IMG/VR virus record: IMGVR_UViG_3300037963_003458
Direction: 5' to 3' (one strand)
Length of the DNA stretch: 64,000 nucleotides
DNA from: an uncultured virus (IMG/VR IMGVR_UViG_3300037963_003458)
Lineage: Duplodnaviria > Heunggongvirae > Uroviricota > Caudoviricetes
Below the pieces are notes generated by a model. The model had not been told where the DNA came from. It saw only the letters and a list, made by a program, of their open reading frames with translations, and searched no databases. The translations under genes and the position numbers were made by a program. This document shows, piece after piece, positions 47,303 through 57,766 of the stretch (positions within the stretch are counted from its first letter, which is position 1; each line of letters starts with the position of its first letter).

Positions 47303-50300
47303 TTAATCAGTAAATGACAAACTATCTCTGTTTTTTATAAGCTCAGCAAATTTAACAAGACCTTCATCACCTTGGTATTTAGCGGGAATAACGCCGTCAA
47401 AGAATATTATACGCTCTAGTTCTAAAGTATTAAGTCGACGTTCAGTTACGTTAGGAATTCTTGAAGGAATCTTATCGAAATCTAATTCAAAAGGTCTAAA
47501 CGGATTTGCAGAGCCTCTTTGACCTTCGTACATAAACGGAAGTCTTACAATCTCAGTTCTTTTATTTACAGTATCTACAAAATCAAAACCTACAGAACCT
47601 TCTCTTAAACGAGGAGTAACCTTTATCTCTAAATCTCGTTTATACATATTATCTTGTAAAGGAATTTTACCCTGTCTTTCCTTAACATAATAGTCAAGAA
47701 GAGCAAAGTTATTAACATTTAAGCGACCATCGTTAATAGCAAAGACAGAAAAAGTAGCTAGAGTTCTACAAAACTCATCACTTTGTTTAGTAGATTCTTT
47801 AATGTAATCTAAAACATAATCAAAAGACCGTCTACCCATTCTGTAAAGCTCTACTCTATTAGGCAGCTCTTCTAACTCTGGTGTCATTGGAATACTAAGC
47901 AAAGTATCTATTGCGTTAATCTGCAACTCACTGACACCTTCTTCTACCAAAGTATCAAGATAATCAGGAATCCAAGTTTTTTCTTTATCTTCCGATGGAT
48001 AGTAGTTATTATCTACTGCATAATCAATACCATCTACTTGATTTCGGCCAGCGGACCATATGGCTTGTTCTGTCCAATCTACAGAAGATTGTGGTTTTAC
48101 TCTAAAAAGTGTTTCAGCCTGACCGTTACTCTTAACAGGTCCTTTTATTGTGTAAATTACAAAACCACTATCTTCGATAATTTGTTTAATATCTAAAACT
48201 GTAGGGCGGGTTATTTCTTTTTCCCTTAATGATAAAAGAATAGAATAAGAAAGATCTCGGTCTCCACCAAAAACGCTATTTAATGTACCAATAGTAATAG
48301 GTTGACTAGCTAACTTACCGTCTAGTCCTTTTTCATCTGTAGTCAAACCGGCATAAACTACATCATTAGTGCTAATAGTACTAAAGACAGTATCTTGAAA
48401 ACCAGCGCTTATAAACCCATCTTGGTATTTTCTTTTTAAGCGTGCCTTTAAAACATTCATTTTACCCGGATCGTTTTTAACATCAATAAGCTCAGCTGCT
48501 ATTTCTCTGCTATCTTCTGCAGATATGATATAAGAAGGGAACATTTCTTGAACTAAAGCAGATACTCTTTTTCTTTTATTATCTGCAGTTAAATTTGAAG
48601 TTTCTAAAATATCCATAAAAGATAACTCTTTATTCGACTCATCGATAACCGGACCTTGTGCTCCTGAGAAAGGTAAAAATAAACGATCAAAGATTACATC
48701 AATTCCCTCGCCTATCTTAGCACCGATAGTAGGAGTAGCTAGTGTCTCAGAAACTTCTGTTAAACCTAACATAAGAGGGGCTTGCTTATTAAAATCTTCT
48801 GGTTTTCCTAGAATATCATGCATAGTTTCAAGCGGAGTCAGCGGAGCAGTTAAAGTAAACTGACCCGATGTTGGCCCAGATGTGGGATAAGTTTTCTTAT
48901 CTAAAAAGTCATCTCGAACAGCATCTAATGCTGCCAGAACTTTAGAATCATCAAAAGGGTTGCTTATCCCAGCTGGATCAGCAGCTTGTTCAATTGCTGA
49001 TCTAAGATCTATTAGAGGACCTACCATAGGAGAAGATATAAAAGCTCCTACTTGCATTGCTAGTTGTTGAGCAGATTCAGGAGATAGCTCAATTTTACCT
49101 TCTTTTAAACGATCTTCTAATCTTAAAATAGAATCTGCAGGAGCATCTCCTGTTTCTCTAGACTCAAATAAAATATCTACAACAGCTGCTTCTAGATCTT
49201 TTAAGAGAGCAGCCTGTTCGCTAGGCGGTAATTTATCAATTCCGGGTATTCTTCCTAAATTAATACCAGCTCTAACGAAATCTCTTTCCATAACAGACCC
49301 TATAGCTGTATCTACATTCTGTATTAATTCCTCAGCCATTCCAGGTCTTTGGATACCCGGAAGAGCATGATAACGTTTTAATTGAGTTCTAAAAACTCCG
49401 TAATTAAAAGTAACATTGCCTGTAGTACTGTCTACTTTAACAGGATTCATGTTTGTTTCAAGAAACTGTATATCTCGTTCGCTACGAGGCTGCTCAAAAT
49501 TAACCACCTCTAAAACTTTTTCTCTGAGGTTTTTTGTATACTCTTCAGAAAAACCCGCTTCTTCAAGTTCTTCTAACATTAAATTTAAATTAATTACAAA
49601 AGATTCTTGTGGATTGCGTGGATCAGTATCTACGTCATGAAGAGTAAGTTCTTGTACCAAGTTTGTTAAATGCTCTTGAATAGCTATATCAGCAACCATA
49701 AGTTTTCCGGCTTCACTTGCAGCATCATGAAAATCTTTAAAACGATTAGCAACATCTCCTATTGCTTCATACCGTTCTGGAGCAGTAGCACGTTCAGGCT
49801 CTCCTAAAGCAGTTTCAACTCCACTTACTTCTGTTTTTAAATTACCTAAAGCATAAGTATATTTTTGTTGATCATCTACTGCCTTAATTTTTTTCTTAGC
49901 AGCGTCTAATTTTTTATCCAACTCTGGCTGAAAGACTTCTTGAATCCGCTCACTCATAGCTAGATCAATATCATCTTCATCAAAAAGAGGAACACCCTTT
50001 TCTACAGCTAACCAAGTTTCAAATTCAGAGTAAACAGTAGAACTATCATTGTAATCAAAAGGTAAACTTCCTCCTTCAAGGTTAAGTCTCCAATCAATAA
50101 ACTCATCAGCGTATTGACTCCACTTTGTACCAAACTGACCTAAAAGATCCTTAACAAAGTTTCTTTCTAAAGAAGCTAATTGTCTTCTTTGTGGTCCTAT
50201 TATTTTTTGAATAGCTGCATTACGCTGTCTTTCTGACAAATTAGGATATGTCTCTAAATCAGCCAGTCCTTCGTCAATAAGCTTATCCAATGCCTCCATT

Positions 50301-51345
50301 CTTTCTGTCTCATCTAAAATTGAATTTACTTCATCCACATCACTTCTAAACTCTACTTCCCAGTCACTTACCCCTTGGTTTATAAGAGTTCTAGATCCAG
50401 TAGCATCAAAAGATTTTACGCTTATTTCTAAAGCCCGAAAAGCAGCTTCATCCGTTTTTGATAGAATTGGATGCTTCTCATCAAAAGCTTTTAACTTCAT
50501 TTGAGCACGCTTTTGAAATTGTTCCAAAGCATCAGCTGGTATAGCTTCGCCAGATCTAGCAGATTCTATGCGAAGAGTTTCCCTTTCAGCCTCTAAATCA
50601 GCCCGCAACAGACGAAGATCTTCGTTTTGAAGGCGTCTATCGGATCTGCTTTTAAGACCATCAACTTTAAATCTAAGTTTTTCAACTTGAGGTTCTAATG
50701 TTTTATTGCCTTCAAACTGTAAAAGCTTTTCTCTTAAATCGTCACCAACTTCTTCATAAGCCGCTAAACGATCTTCTTCTGTATAATACTCATAGCTTTC
50801 AATATGAGATACTTTATTATCAAAATCTGTTTCAATTTCTGTGAACAAAACACCCGGATACTTTAACTTATCTTGTCTTCTTAAAGCCTTTAAATTTCTT
50901 TTATTACTCCTAAGATACATTTTTTTCTTGTACTCAGAATACTTAGCTTCCTTTAAAAGAAGTTTTTCAGACTCAACAATGTCAGTTCTTTCGTCAATCT
51001 TAAAAATCTCTTTTGACAAAACATCTAGATTATCGTTATCTTTGACTTTACCGTAAGTTTGTTTAGCAGCAACATATGCAGCGCCAATTTCAGCACTGTC
51101 TGTGAGCATATCAGCTATAATGCTAGTTTGATTGTCCCCTATAAACTTGCTAAAACCACCAGATGTAACTGTGCCAAAATCAACTTGACTTCGCTGTATG
51201 TTAGGAGCAGNNNNNNNNNNNNNNNNNNNNNNNNNNNNNCTGGATTTTCCATTCCTACTTGATTTAGCTGTTCATAGAAAGCTTCGTTAGATCTGGATCT
51301 TTCGTATTCTTCAAAATCACTTTGTTGTCTTTTTCGTTTAGCCAT
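47303..51345 (-). CDS. Internal virion protein (about 1350 aa; 5' end interrupted by an N gap)
   Basis: The frame of 47303-51109 is open upstream as far as the gap, and 51345 supplies an ATG with GGA RBS. Position matches T7 gp15. Confidence 0.65.
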
Positions 51346-51363
51346 ATTTTCCAGCTCTTTCTA

Positions 51364-52005
51364 CTATTTTTGTACGTTACCGTAGACACCAGCACCAGCA
51401 GAGATACCGCTAGCAGCTCCTCCGAGTATAGCTGCTACCATACCTAGAGCACCAGAACCGGGCTCAACTCCTGTTGTTCCCGGTATAAAAACGTTAGCTG
51501 ACTGATAAGAAAGCATATCTCTTTGGTTTAAAGAGTTTTTATATTGAGCTTTAGCGCTAGTATCTGCTTGGTATTTACGTTTAAAAATGTTTTTTCGTTC
51601 TTGCTGAAAGTTTTCTTTAGCTAGACTTTGCATTCTATCAGCCATACCACCTCTAAGATTTTTACCAGTAGCTTTGGCTGTTAAACTAGCTTGATAACTA
51701 AACTGCTGTTTTGCAGTGTTTTTTAATTCAGCTTTAAAAGCATCTCTGTTAAACTTAGAAACATCTGCAAAGTTTTTAATTGCAGCTTTTTCAATTTCTT
51801 TGTTATTCCAACGACGCAAAGCATTTGCTCTTGCAGCTGCAACATTCTTTTTATCGTTAGCTAATGATTTTTCAAAGTTGTTACGTTCTGTTTGAACAAC
51901 AGAAGACAAGTACTGAGCCTCAGCGTTTTTTTGACCGCCTATTGCGCTCATAATACCACCGGCCATAGCAGCTCCGCCAACGCCTATAGCTAATGCAACA
52001 CCCAT
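51364..52005 (-). CDS. Internal virion protein (T7 gp14-like)
   Basis: Gly/Ala-rich hydrophobic ends flanking a helical core; position. Confidence 0.65.
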   Translation of the reverse strand: MGVALAIGVGGAAMAGGIMSAIGGQKNAEAQYLSSVVQTERNNFEKSLANDKKNVAAARANALRRWNNKEIEKAAIKNFADVSKFNRDAFKAELKNTAKQQFSYQASLTAKATGKNLRGGMADRMQSLAKENFQQERKNIFKRKYQADTSAKAQYKNSLNQRDMLSYQSANVFIPGTTGVEPGSGALGMVAAILGGAASGISAGAGVYGNVQK

Positions 52006-52006
52006 A

Positions 52007-52471
52007 TTATTCTCCTAAAAATTTAATAATTTTATTTATGTTAAAATCAAGTTCTTCTGTGTAATATAAACGGCTTTCTACTTTATTATTTAAAAGCCAT
52101 TCTTGCAAAGTAACGTCTGCTAACCCTATTATTTCTTCTGCTTCTAAAGTAAATTCTAAAGGCTCACGTTCCATTTGTTTTACACAAGACTCAATTTGTT
52201 TTGTTGTGTCTTTTCGTTCTAGTATAATCATTCGATGTACTGGAACAGTTAGATATTGTAAAGACGTAGGCCAAACTTTGGCTACACCACTGGTTAATTT
52301 TTGTACATCCCAAGGCCATATATCATAATACCCATTAGGGTTTCCCTCAACAGGTAAAAATCCGTCTAAAAAACCATCGCCTTGTACAGGCAAACCTTGT
52401 GCCTTACATTGCTGCATGACAAAAGACGAGCCTACTCTAGGACCTTTTCCAGTAACAATGTTTAACGCCAT
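52007..52471 (-). CDS. Sulfotransferase-like protein
   Basis: IVTGKGPRVGSSFVMQ (PSB-loop-like), NPNGYYD, IILER...S and LYYTEEL. Confidence 0.55.
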   Translation of the reverse strand: MALNIVTGKGPRVGSSFVMQQCKAQGLPVQGDGFLDGFLPVEGNPNGYYDIWPWDVQKLTSGVAKVWPTSLQYLTVPVHRMIILERKDTTKQIESCVKQMEREPLEFTLEAEEIIGLADVTLQEWLLNNKVESRLYYTEELDFNINKIIKFLGE

Positions 52472-54189
52472 TTCTTACCTCGTTGGCCAAAAATAGTTTT
52501 ATTAATTTGTTGTGGAGTTAAAGTTTTTGTTCTAGTTCCGCCAGAAACTCTGTCACCTAATAAAAGAGAAGCTCTTCTAGAGTCGTCTTCCCACGAAGCT
52601 ATTATTTTCATTTGATCTTCGTGTTCATTTCTAGCAATAACATCATCAACGTCAATACCTAAAGTATGTTCAAAATATTCAACAGAAGCTGCTAACACAT
52701 CTACACGGTCGTCGTGCTTTAAAGCACCCCGTCTTTCATATAAACGCGTTAACTGTTTCTGAGTTTCTTCTTGTCTAATTACTTTTCTATCTACAACTAA
52801 ACGATGCTGAGCCATAACAGGCTCTAAGCTTTTAATCATTCGAGCTTCCTTCATACCGCTTACACGATATCCTTCTATGCCTATCTTTGATCCAGATAAA
52901 CGACCTACATAAGGCATAAGAAGAGAGCCAAACATGCCATCGCCATAGTTTTCTTCGTATCTAATTAAATTTAAACTAGGATAATCTAAAGCTAGCTTTA
53001 CTATTTTCTCTAGTAAAACATCTTCATAACCTCCATCAAATCCTAGTAACTCATGAATCCATATGTATCCATTACCAAACGACGAGATACAAACTGAAGT
53101 TTCATCATTACCTCGTCCAGAAGGATCAATATGCATCACTGTATGTTTATAAGGAGTATAGCTATCTGCTACCCACATGGGTTTAGATAGAACATCTCCA
53201 TTTAAACCAAAAGATGGAAGATCTCTAGCTGGATCAGAACACCAAACTACTTTGTCTGGGTGGACTTCGTGGTCAAGGTCCAACACAATAAGGTCGTTAA
53301 GCCTAAGCGGGTAACGATCTTGGTCAGCCAAGGAGGTGTCCAAGTGATAATGCAAACTGAATAGTTTTGGTCCAATTCTTGCTTTACGCTCTGCGAGAAG
53401 GTCATCCGAAAATCTTTCTGGTTGCGTCGAGTCACCGATTTGGAGATCCAATTCAAGAACAGAAGAATCCACATCGCGCATTTGTCCCGGAAAATCTGGG
53501 TCCGGGAACAACGCTGGGAACTTAAAACATGGATATGCATCACGCAGTTTATTATAGATAGATTCCGAGCTTTGAGGAGTTCCCAAAATTCGGATAAGCC
53601 CTTTACCGGGGTTTCTAATTTGCTCAATTTCCCATACCTTATTTAACAGTTTCTCTCTTGCTTCTGCAGTTTCAGAATTTTTCTCAATCTCTACATCATC
53701 AAGGATAACAGTATCTGCGTGAGATCCAGTTATCTGAGACGAAATACCTCTAGAAAATACAGATAAATCTTGACCAGTTGTTTCTCTACATTCTACATTA
53801 AAACCAAAAGCCGAGTCTCTTGTATTAGGACCAGGCTCTAGGTGTTTCATATAGGGAACTAGAGTTAAAATTTTACGAGTCATGCTTATAAACTCAGTGC
53901 TCTTAATGGCTGTTGCAGACAAAACCATAATCACATGATTAGGATCTCGTAAGAGAAGCCAAGAAGCAAACATGGACGTTAGGACAGACTTGCCTGCCCC
54001 TCGGCCTGCTTGAAGCTGAAACTCGTCAGAGCCATCCTGCAGCCTTTCAGCCATCATGTACTGAAGAGGAGTAGGTTCTCCTAGTCCCAAGTACTTCATG
54101 CATTGATGCAAATGGTTTCTAAAATCTTGTACAATTTCTTGAGGAAGATTCTGAGGAAGAAGCTCTTCATTTATTTTAGGTATAGGCAT
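52462..54189 (-). CDS. terL: Terminase large subunit (T7 gp19-like)
   Basis: Motifs QAGRGAGKS, GSHADTVILDDVE, LGTPQ, IDPSGRGNDET and HDDRVD. Confidence 0.95.
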   Translation of the reverse strand: MPIPKINEELLPQNLPQEIVQDFRNHLHQCMKYLGLGEPTPLQYMMAERLQDGSDEFQLQAGRGAGKSVLTSMFASWLLLRDPNHVIMVLSATAIKSTEFISMTRKILTLVPYMKHLEPGPNTRDSAFGFNVECRETTGQDLSVFSRGISSQITGSHADTVILDDVEIEKNSETAEAREKLLNKVWEIEQIRNPGKGLIRILGTPQSSESIYNKLRDAYPCFKFPALFPDPDFPGQMRDVDSSVLELDLQIGDSTQPERFSDDLLAERKARIGPKLFSLHYHLDTSLADQDRYPLRLNDLIVLDLDHEVHPDKVVWCSDPARDLPSFGLNGDVLSKPMWVADSYTPYKHTVMHIDPSGRGNDETSVCISSFGNGYIWIHELLGFDGGYEDVLLEKIVKLALDYPSLNLIRYEENYGDGMFGSLLMPYVGRLSGSKIGIEGYRVSGMKEARMIKSLEPVMAQHRLVVDRKVIRQEETQKQLTRLYERRGALKHDDRVDVLAASVEYFEHTLGIDVDDVIARNEHEDQMKIIASWEDDSRRASLLLGDRVSGGTRTKTLTPQQINKTIFGQRGKKWR

Positions 54190-54250
54190 AATGTAATATT
54201 CTCCGAAGAGTTAGCCCTAGATTTTATCCACGGCTAACTGGTTGTGTTCT

Positions 54251-54274
54251 CTCTTAGACTCAGGCGTTAAGGCC
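54251..54274 (-). promoter_or_regulatory. Phage promoter-like repeat, class A, copy 4
   Basis: GGCCTTAACGCCTGAGTCTAAGAG upstream of terL. Confidence 0.7.
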
Positions 54275-54474
54275 TAAGTTCCAAATTTAAATGGCAAATC
54301 AATTTTCTCTTCAATTACTTTATCAATGTTTCTTTCAGTAAGCTCTAGTTGATCTCTGTTTTCTTTTAAAACGTCTAAAACAACTTTGTAAAGCTGTGGA
54401 TTTCTCCGTTCAGGGTCTTCTAAATCATTCATTAGCGACCAATAAAGACGTTCATTTAGTGTTTTATAATTCAT
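54274..54474 (-). CDS. Putative terminase small subunit
   Basis: 66-aa helical protein ending LPFKF, directly before terL. Confidence 0.55.
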   Translation of the reverse strand: MNYKTLNERLYWSLMNDLEDPERRNPQLYKVVLDVLKENRDQLELTERNIDKVIEEKIDLPFKFGT

Positions 54475-55136
54475 CTTTTTCTTCTTTTTATAAATAAAAT
54501 CCCTACTGCAAAACTCAATAATACGCTAGGTCCTGGTATAGGAGGAGAGTNNNNNNNNNNTTTAAAAATAAAAGGATCTATATCTATAGGCAGTAAAGGT
54601 TCAGGTCTAGTGTATATTAAATAATCAGACCAACTAGTAGGTAAATAGTCTACAGTTTGATCTAATACAACTGATGTGTCAATTGAGTAAGGCGTTGTTA
54701 AAACAGATAACATATTAGAGTTACTTGTAAAAGTATCTAGTTTATCTGCTTCGTACATTTGAACATTTAAAAGTTTTGGCATAGCCTGTTTAAAGGGCTC
54801 AGAAGTTTCTGAGTTTTTCAAAACAAAAGGCCAAGTTTTTATATTTGGTTTACTAGGAGCAAAAGAAGATTCAGAGATTAAATCTGAACCTGCTTCTTTA
54901 ACCGAGTTAAAGCTATCTATATATCCAGCTACCTTATCTACAAACTCTTTGCCTAAAAGTGTTCCTGCCACGACAACAATTAAAGCTATAACTACAAACT
55001 GTTTCTTTAGTTTTTTTCTTTCGTCTTCGCAGTTTTTAAGAGAACTTTTAGTTTCTTTCTCTATGTTCCGTTTAGTCTCTTCTAGTTCCTCTTTTATACT
55101 TTCGTAGTCTGAACAATAAGGACATCTATCGGACAC
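54471..55136 (-). CDS. Membrane protein with C-terminal PEP-CTERM-like sorting signal (contains an N gap)
   Basis: N-terminal CPYC, coiled coil and TM; C-terminus IPGPSVLLSFAVGILFIKRRKR. Frame continuity across the gap is assumed. Confidence 0.65.
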   Translation of the reverse strand: MSDRCPYCSDYESIKEELEETKRNIEKETKSSLKNCEDERKKLKKQFVVIALIVVVAGTLLGKEFVDKVAGYIDSFNSVKEAGSDLISESSFAPSKPNIKTWPFVLKNSETSEPFKQAMPKLLNVQMYEADKLDTFTSNSNMLSVLTTPYSIDTSVVLDQTVDYLPTSWSDYLIYTRPEPLLPIDIDPFIFKXXXXSPPIPGPSVLLSFAVGILFIKRRKR

Positions 55137-55157
55137 TTATATACCCTCCTAAAAATA

Positions 55158-55289
55158 CTACGATTCTTTATTCCACGGGAAAAATTTACGTACCCAATAC
55201 CAAATCTTTTTACCAGATAAAGCACCTAGTCCAAAAATTACCAGTGTATAAAAGAAAGTTCCTAAAATACTTTCTAAATTAAAATCCAT
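55158..55289 (-). CDS. Small membrane protein (43 aa; not in the ORF track)
   Basis: MDFNLESILGTFFYTLVIFGLGALSGKKIWYWVRKFFPWNKES. Confidence 0.55.
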   Translation of the reverse strand: MDFNLESILGTFFYTLVIFGLGALSGKKIWYWVRKFFPWNKES

Positions 55290-55297
55290 GATATCTC

Positions 55298-55564
55298 TCA
55301 ACATTTCCATCGTCGTCGCGCTTTTCGCAAACGACTGTTAGGGTCTTTAGCAGCCTTTGGGAACTTCTTCATTTGTCCCGCAGATCTTGCACAATAACTT
55401 TTTTTACGAGCACCACCACCAGGTTGAGGAGCTTTAAGCTTACTACCAGTCTTTCGATTAATCATTCGACGACCTTTAGCAGTAAGACCGCCTTTTTTAG
55501 ATTTGCAACCGTTGCTGATATTGCAACCTTTCATAGCTCCTTTTTTCTTTGATTTCTTAGCCAT
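55298..55564 (-). CDS. Small basic phage protein
   Basis: GGLTAKGR, KSYCARS and DPNSRL...WKC. Confidence 0.7.
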   Translation of the reverse strand: MAKKSKKKGAMKGCNISNGCKSKKGGLTAKGRRMINRKTGSKLKAPQPGGGARKKSYCARSAGQMKKFPKAAKDPNSRLRKARRRWKC

Positions 55565-55689
55565 TATTTTTTCCCCGTAGGTTTGTACTCTTTTTTTATA
55601 ACAGCTTTTTTATTCAAAGCTTTATAAGCATCTTTTTCTGTAGCTCGCGTAGTTGTACCACAAGCACATTTAAATTTCGAATGAGCCAT
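55564..55689 (-). CDS. Small basic protein (41 aa)
   Basis: MAHSKFKCACG...; TAATG-coupled at both ends. Confidence 0.55.
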   Translation of the reverse strand: MAHSKFKCACGTTTRATEKDAYKALNKKAVIKKEYKPTGKK

Positions 55690-55913
55690 TATTTCTTCTT
55701 CTTTCCTTTTTTCCAAGAAACTCTAGCTGGGCCTTTTTTGGCTGACGTTCCTTTTTTAGTACATTGAGCTTTAGTAGGACGACAAGCAGGATAAGGACGT
55801 TTGCTTGATCCTTTAGCAGATTTTCGTCCACAAGGTTTGCCTGTTTTACAATCAACCCAACCTTTGCCTTTATTACGGCCAAACCATTTTCTAAGACCTT
55901 CTTTTTTTGCCAT
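55689..55913 (-). CDS. Small basic phage protein
   Basis: LRKWF, WVDCKTGKPCGR and YPACRP. Confidence 0.7.
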   Translation of the reverse strand: MAKKEGLRKWFGRNKGKGWVDCKTGKPCGRKSAKGSSKRPYPACRPTKAQCTKKGTSAKKGPARVSWKKGKKKK

Positions 55914-56068
55914 TACTTCTTTTTACCTTTCCCCCAGTTTTTAGCTCCTACCTTACGACATTTTACTAAAGCACCAGAAGCATAGGCACTAGGCCATTTT
56001 GTATAACGGCTTTTTACTTTATGATAACAAGCGTCACGCTTAGCTGTTTTTTTCTTTTTCTTAGCCAT
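55913..56068 (-). CDS. Small basic phage protein (51 aa)
   Basis: DACYHKVKSRYTKWPSAYASGALVKCRK; GGAG RBS. Confidence 0.7.
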   Translation of the reverse strand: MAKKKKKTAKRDACYHKVKSRYTKWPSAYASGALVKCRKVGAKNWGKGKKK

Positions 56069-56121
56069 AAGAATCTCCAAAAGCTCAAAGAACTCTGCAG
56101 TTCTTTAAGCCGTGTTAAAAT

Positions 56122-56250
56122 TCAACGCTTCTTTTTCTTCATCTTTCTCATACCAGTAGTAGATTTACGTGTAGTGCCAGTACGGTTAACGCCGTTTCCA
56201 CCGTTTGCGTTTCGCTTTTTCATACCAGCTTTTTTCATTCCTCTAGCCAT
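56122..56250 (-). CDS. Small basic protein (42 aa)
   Basis: MARGMKKAGMKKR...KKKKR; AAGGA RBS. Confidence 0.55.
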   Translation of the reverse strand: MARGMKKAGMKKRNANGGNGVNRTGTTRKSTTGMRKMKKKKR

Positions 56251-56746
56251 TATTGTTATTCCTTTTGTTAACATAAGACATAAACTGAGTAGACAAGTTT
56301 TTATAGTAGCCTTGTCTATTTAATAGATTAGACGCTTTCTTTAATTCAGAAAGAGGTTGAATAAACACAGCTCCATAAGCATAATCAACTACGCTTTCAT
56401 ACGCTTCTTCATGAAGACGAGGATCATCTGGCTCGTCTTCTGGATTAAATACAATAAGATAAAGATCCGTAAATTCAATAACCTTATTTAAAGACTCGGC
56501 CCACTTATCCATATCCTTTTCTATTTTTGGATCGTAAACTATAATAGCCAAATCTTTACTTCTATCAAAAAACGTTACGTTCTCTAATACAGTCTGTTTA
56601 TCACCTAGAATAGTTTTAGTTTTATCGCCAAACCAAGCTTTATGTGCAAAAGGACAAGGCTTTAACCCATTGTAATATTCATTAGGTACATCTAAATAGT
56701 CTTTAACCCAATTAGAAATTTCTTGTTTAATTTTGTTTAAATCCAT
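56243..56746 (-). CDS. Hypothetical protein (PCPFA motif)
   Basis: 167 aa; PCPFA and LNRQGYY. Confidence 0.6.
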   Translation of the reverse strand: MDLNKIKQEISNWVKDYLDVPNEYYNGLKPCPFAHKAWFGDKTKTILGDKQTVLENVTFFDRSKDLAIIVYDPKIEKDMDKWAESLNKVIEFTDLYLIVFNPEDEPDDPRLHEEAYESVVDYAYGAVFIQPLSELKKASNLLNRQGYYKNLSTQFMSYVNKRNNNNG

Positions 56747-56802
56747 AGCGTTTTCTCTTTTGTGATTTAACTAAAGCTAGCCTAATTCTAGGTAGCTGAT
56801 TT

Positions 56803-57039
56803 TTACGAAACGGTTTCTTGCTTTGTTTCCTCAAGAACAGTGATCCTTGTATCATGTTCATGTAGAGTATTACGCATATCGTGAATATGTTGACGAGTTT
56901 TAGACTGTTCCTCGTCTAGTATTTCTATCTTTTGCTGCATGGCGGGTATTGCCCATACACGGTATAACACAGCTCCTACCATAGCGGCAACAATGCCAAT
57001 AGCTAGGAGAAGTAAATCAAACATCTGTGATTCGTTCAT
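56803..57039 (-). CDS. Small TM plus coiled-coil protein
   Basis: N-terminal TM; HDTRITVLE. Confidence 0.6.
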   Translation of the reverse strand: MNESQMFDLLLLAIGIVAAMVGAVLYRVWAIPAMQQKIEILDEEQSKTRQHIHDMRNTLHEHDTRITVLEETKQETVS

Positions 57040-57044
57040 TTTTC

Positions 57045-57452
57045 TTATTTACCTCTCGCAATGGAAGAACCGCCAAGGTAAAAACCAACGGCGGCAAGAA
57101 GAGCAGCGCGAAGCTCAGGTAACACGATGATTCCTTTGAGATCCACCCAGCCGCCTGTGAAGATGCCAAAGAGGTCCCAAGGGGCTCGATCGGTTTGGAC
57201 CCATGTGTCAATTCCGAGGAGGGCTCCAAGGAACGGGGCGACTGCAAGGACCCATAAGACGGTAAAGACGAGCACCCGCCTACCAAGATGAGTGCCACGC
57301 TTAGCAGCCCTATCAGCTGAGTCATCTGCCGCTGCTTGTTTTTGTAAAAGCATTTCTGTAGTTTTTTGTTGATTTTCCACAGACATTGCCATAAAACGGA
57401 ATATGAAACCTGCAAGGCCTCCTCCTAACATTGAAATTAATTCCATGCTCAT
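57045..57452 (-). CDS. Multi-TM membrane protein (holin candidate)
   Basis: Two to three hydrophobic segments; ends VGFYLGGSS. Confidence 0.55.
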   Translation of the reverse strand: MSMELISMLGGGLAGFIFRFMAMSVENQQKTTEMLLQKQAAADDSADRAAKRGTHLGRRVLVFTVLWVLAVAPFLGALLGIDTWVQTDRAPWDLFGIFTGGWVDLKGIIVLPELRAALLAAVGFYLGGSSIARGK

Positions 57453-57463
57453 GGATATAATCC

Positions 57464-57727
57464 TTATCTGGGCATTTCTTTTGCGATTGACATCATTCTA
57501 TTAGTAGCCCATTCTCCTTGTTTGTCTACCTTTGAAATAATCATGTCTATATCTCGGTTAGTTTGAGCTACATCTTTTTGTTGTAAGCTTGCTAAACTAT
57601 CTATTCTTTTTGAATTCTCTGAAACCTTGTGGCTTATTTTCCACACAAAACCAACTAATCCCAGTAAAGCTGAGCCAACAAGCATCATTAGTAATTCAAT
57701 TATTCTTTCATCAGTAATGATTTCCAT
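57464..57727 (-). CDS. Small TM plus coiled-coil protein
   Basis: N-terminal TM; GGAGG RBS. Confidence 0.6.
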   Translation of the reverse strand: MEIITDERIIELLMMLVGSALLGLVGFVWKISHKVSENSKRIDSLASLQQKDVAQTNRDIDMIISKVDKQGEWATNRMMSIAKEMPR

Positions 57728-57766
57728 CTCGCCTCCTAGTTGAATTCAGCTCTCTTTTAAATAAAG

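Noticed and set aside
51139..51345. Separate 68-aa gene
   Set aside because: More likely the 5' end of the 47303 gene, offset by an N gap of uncertain length.
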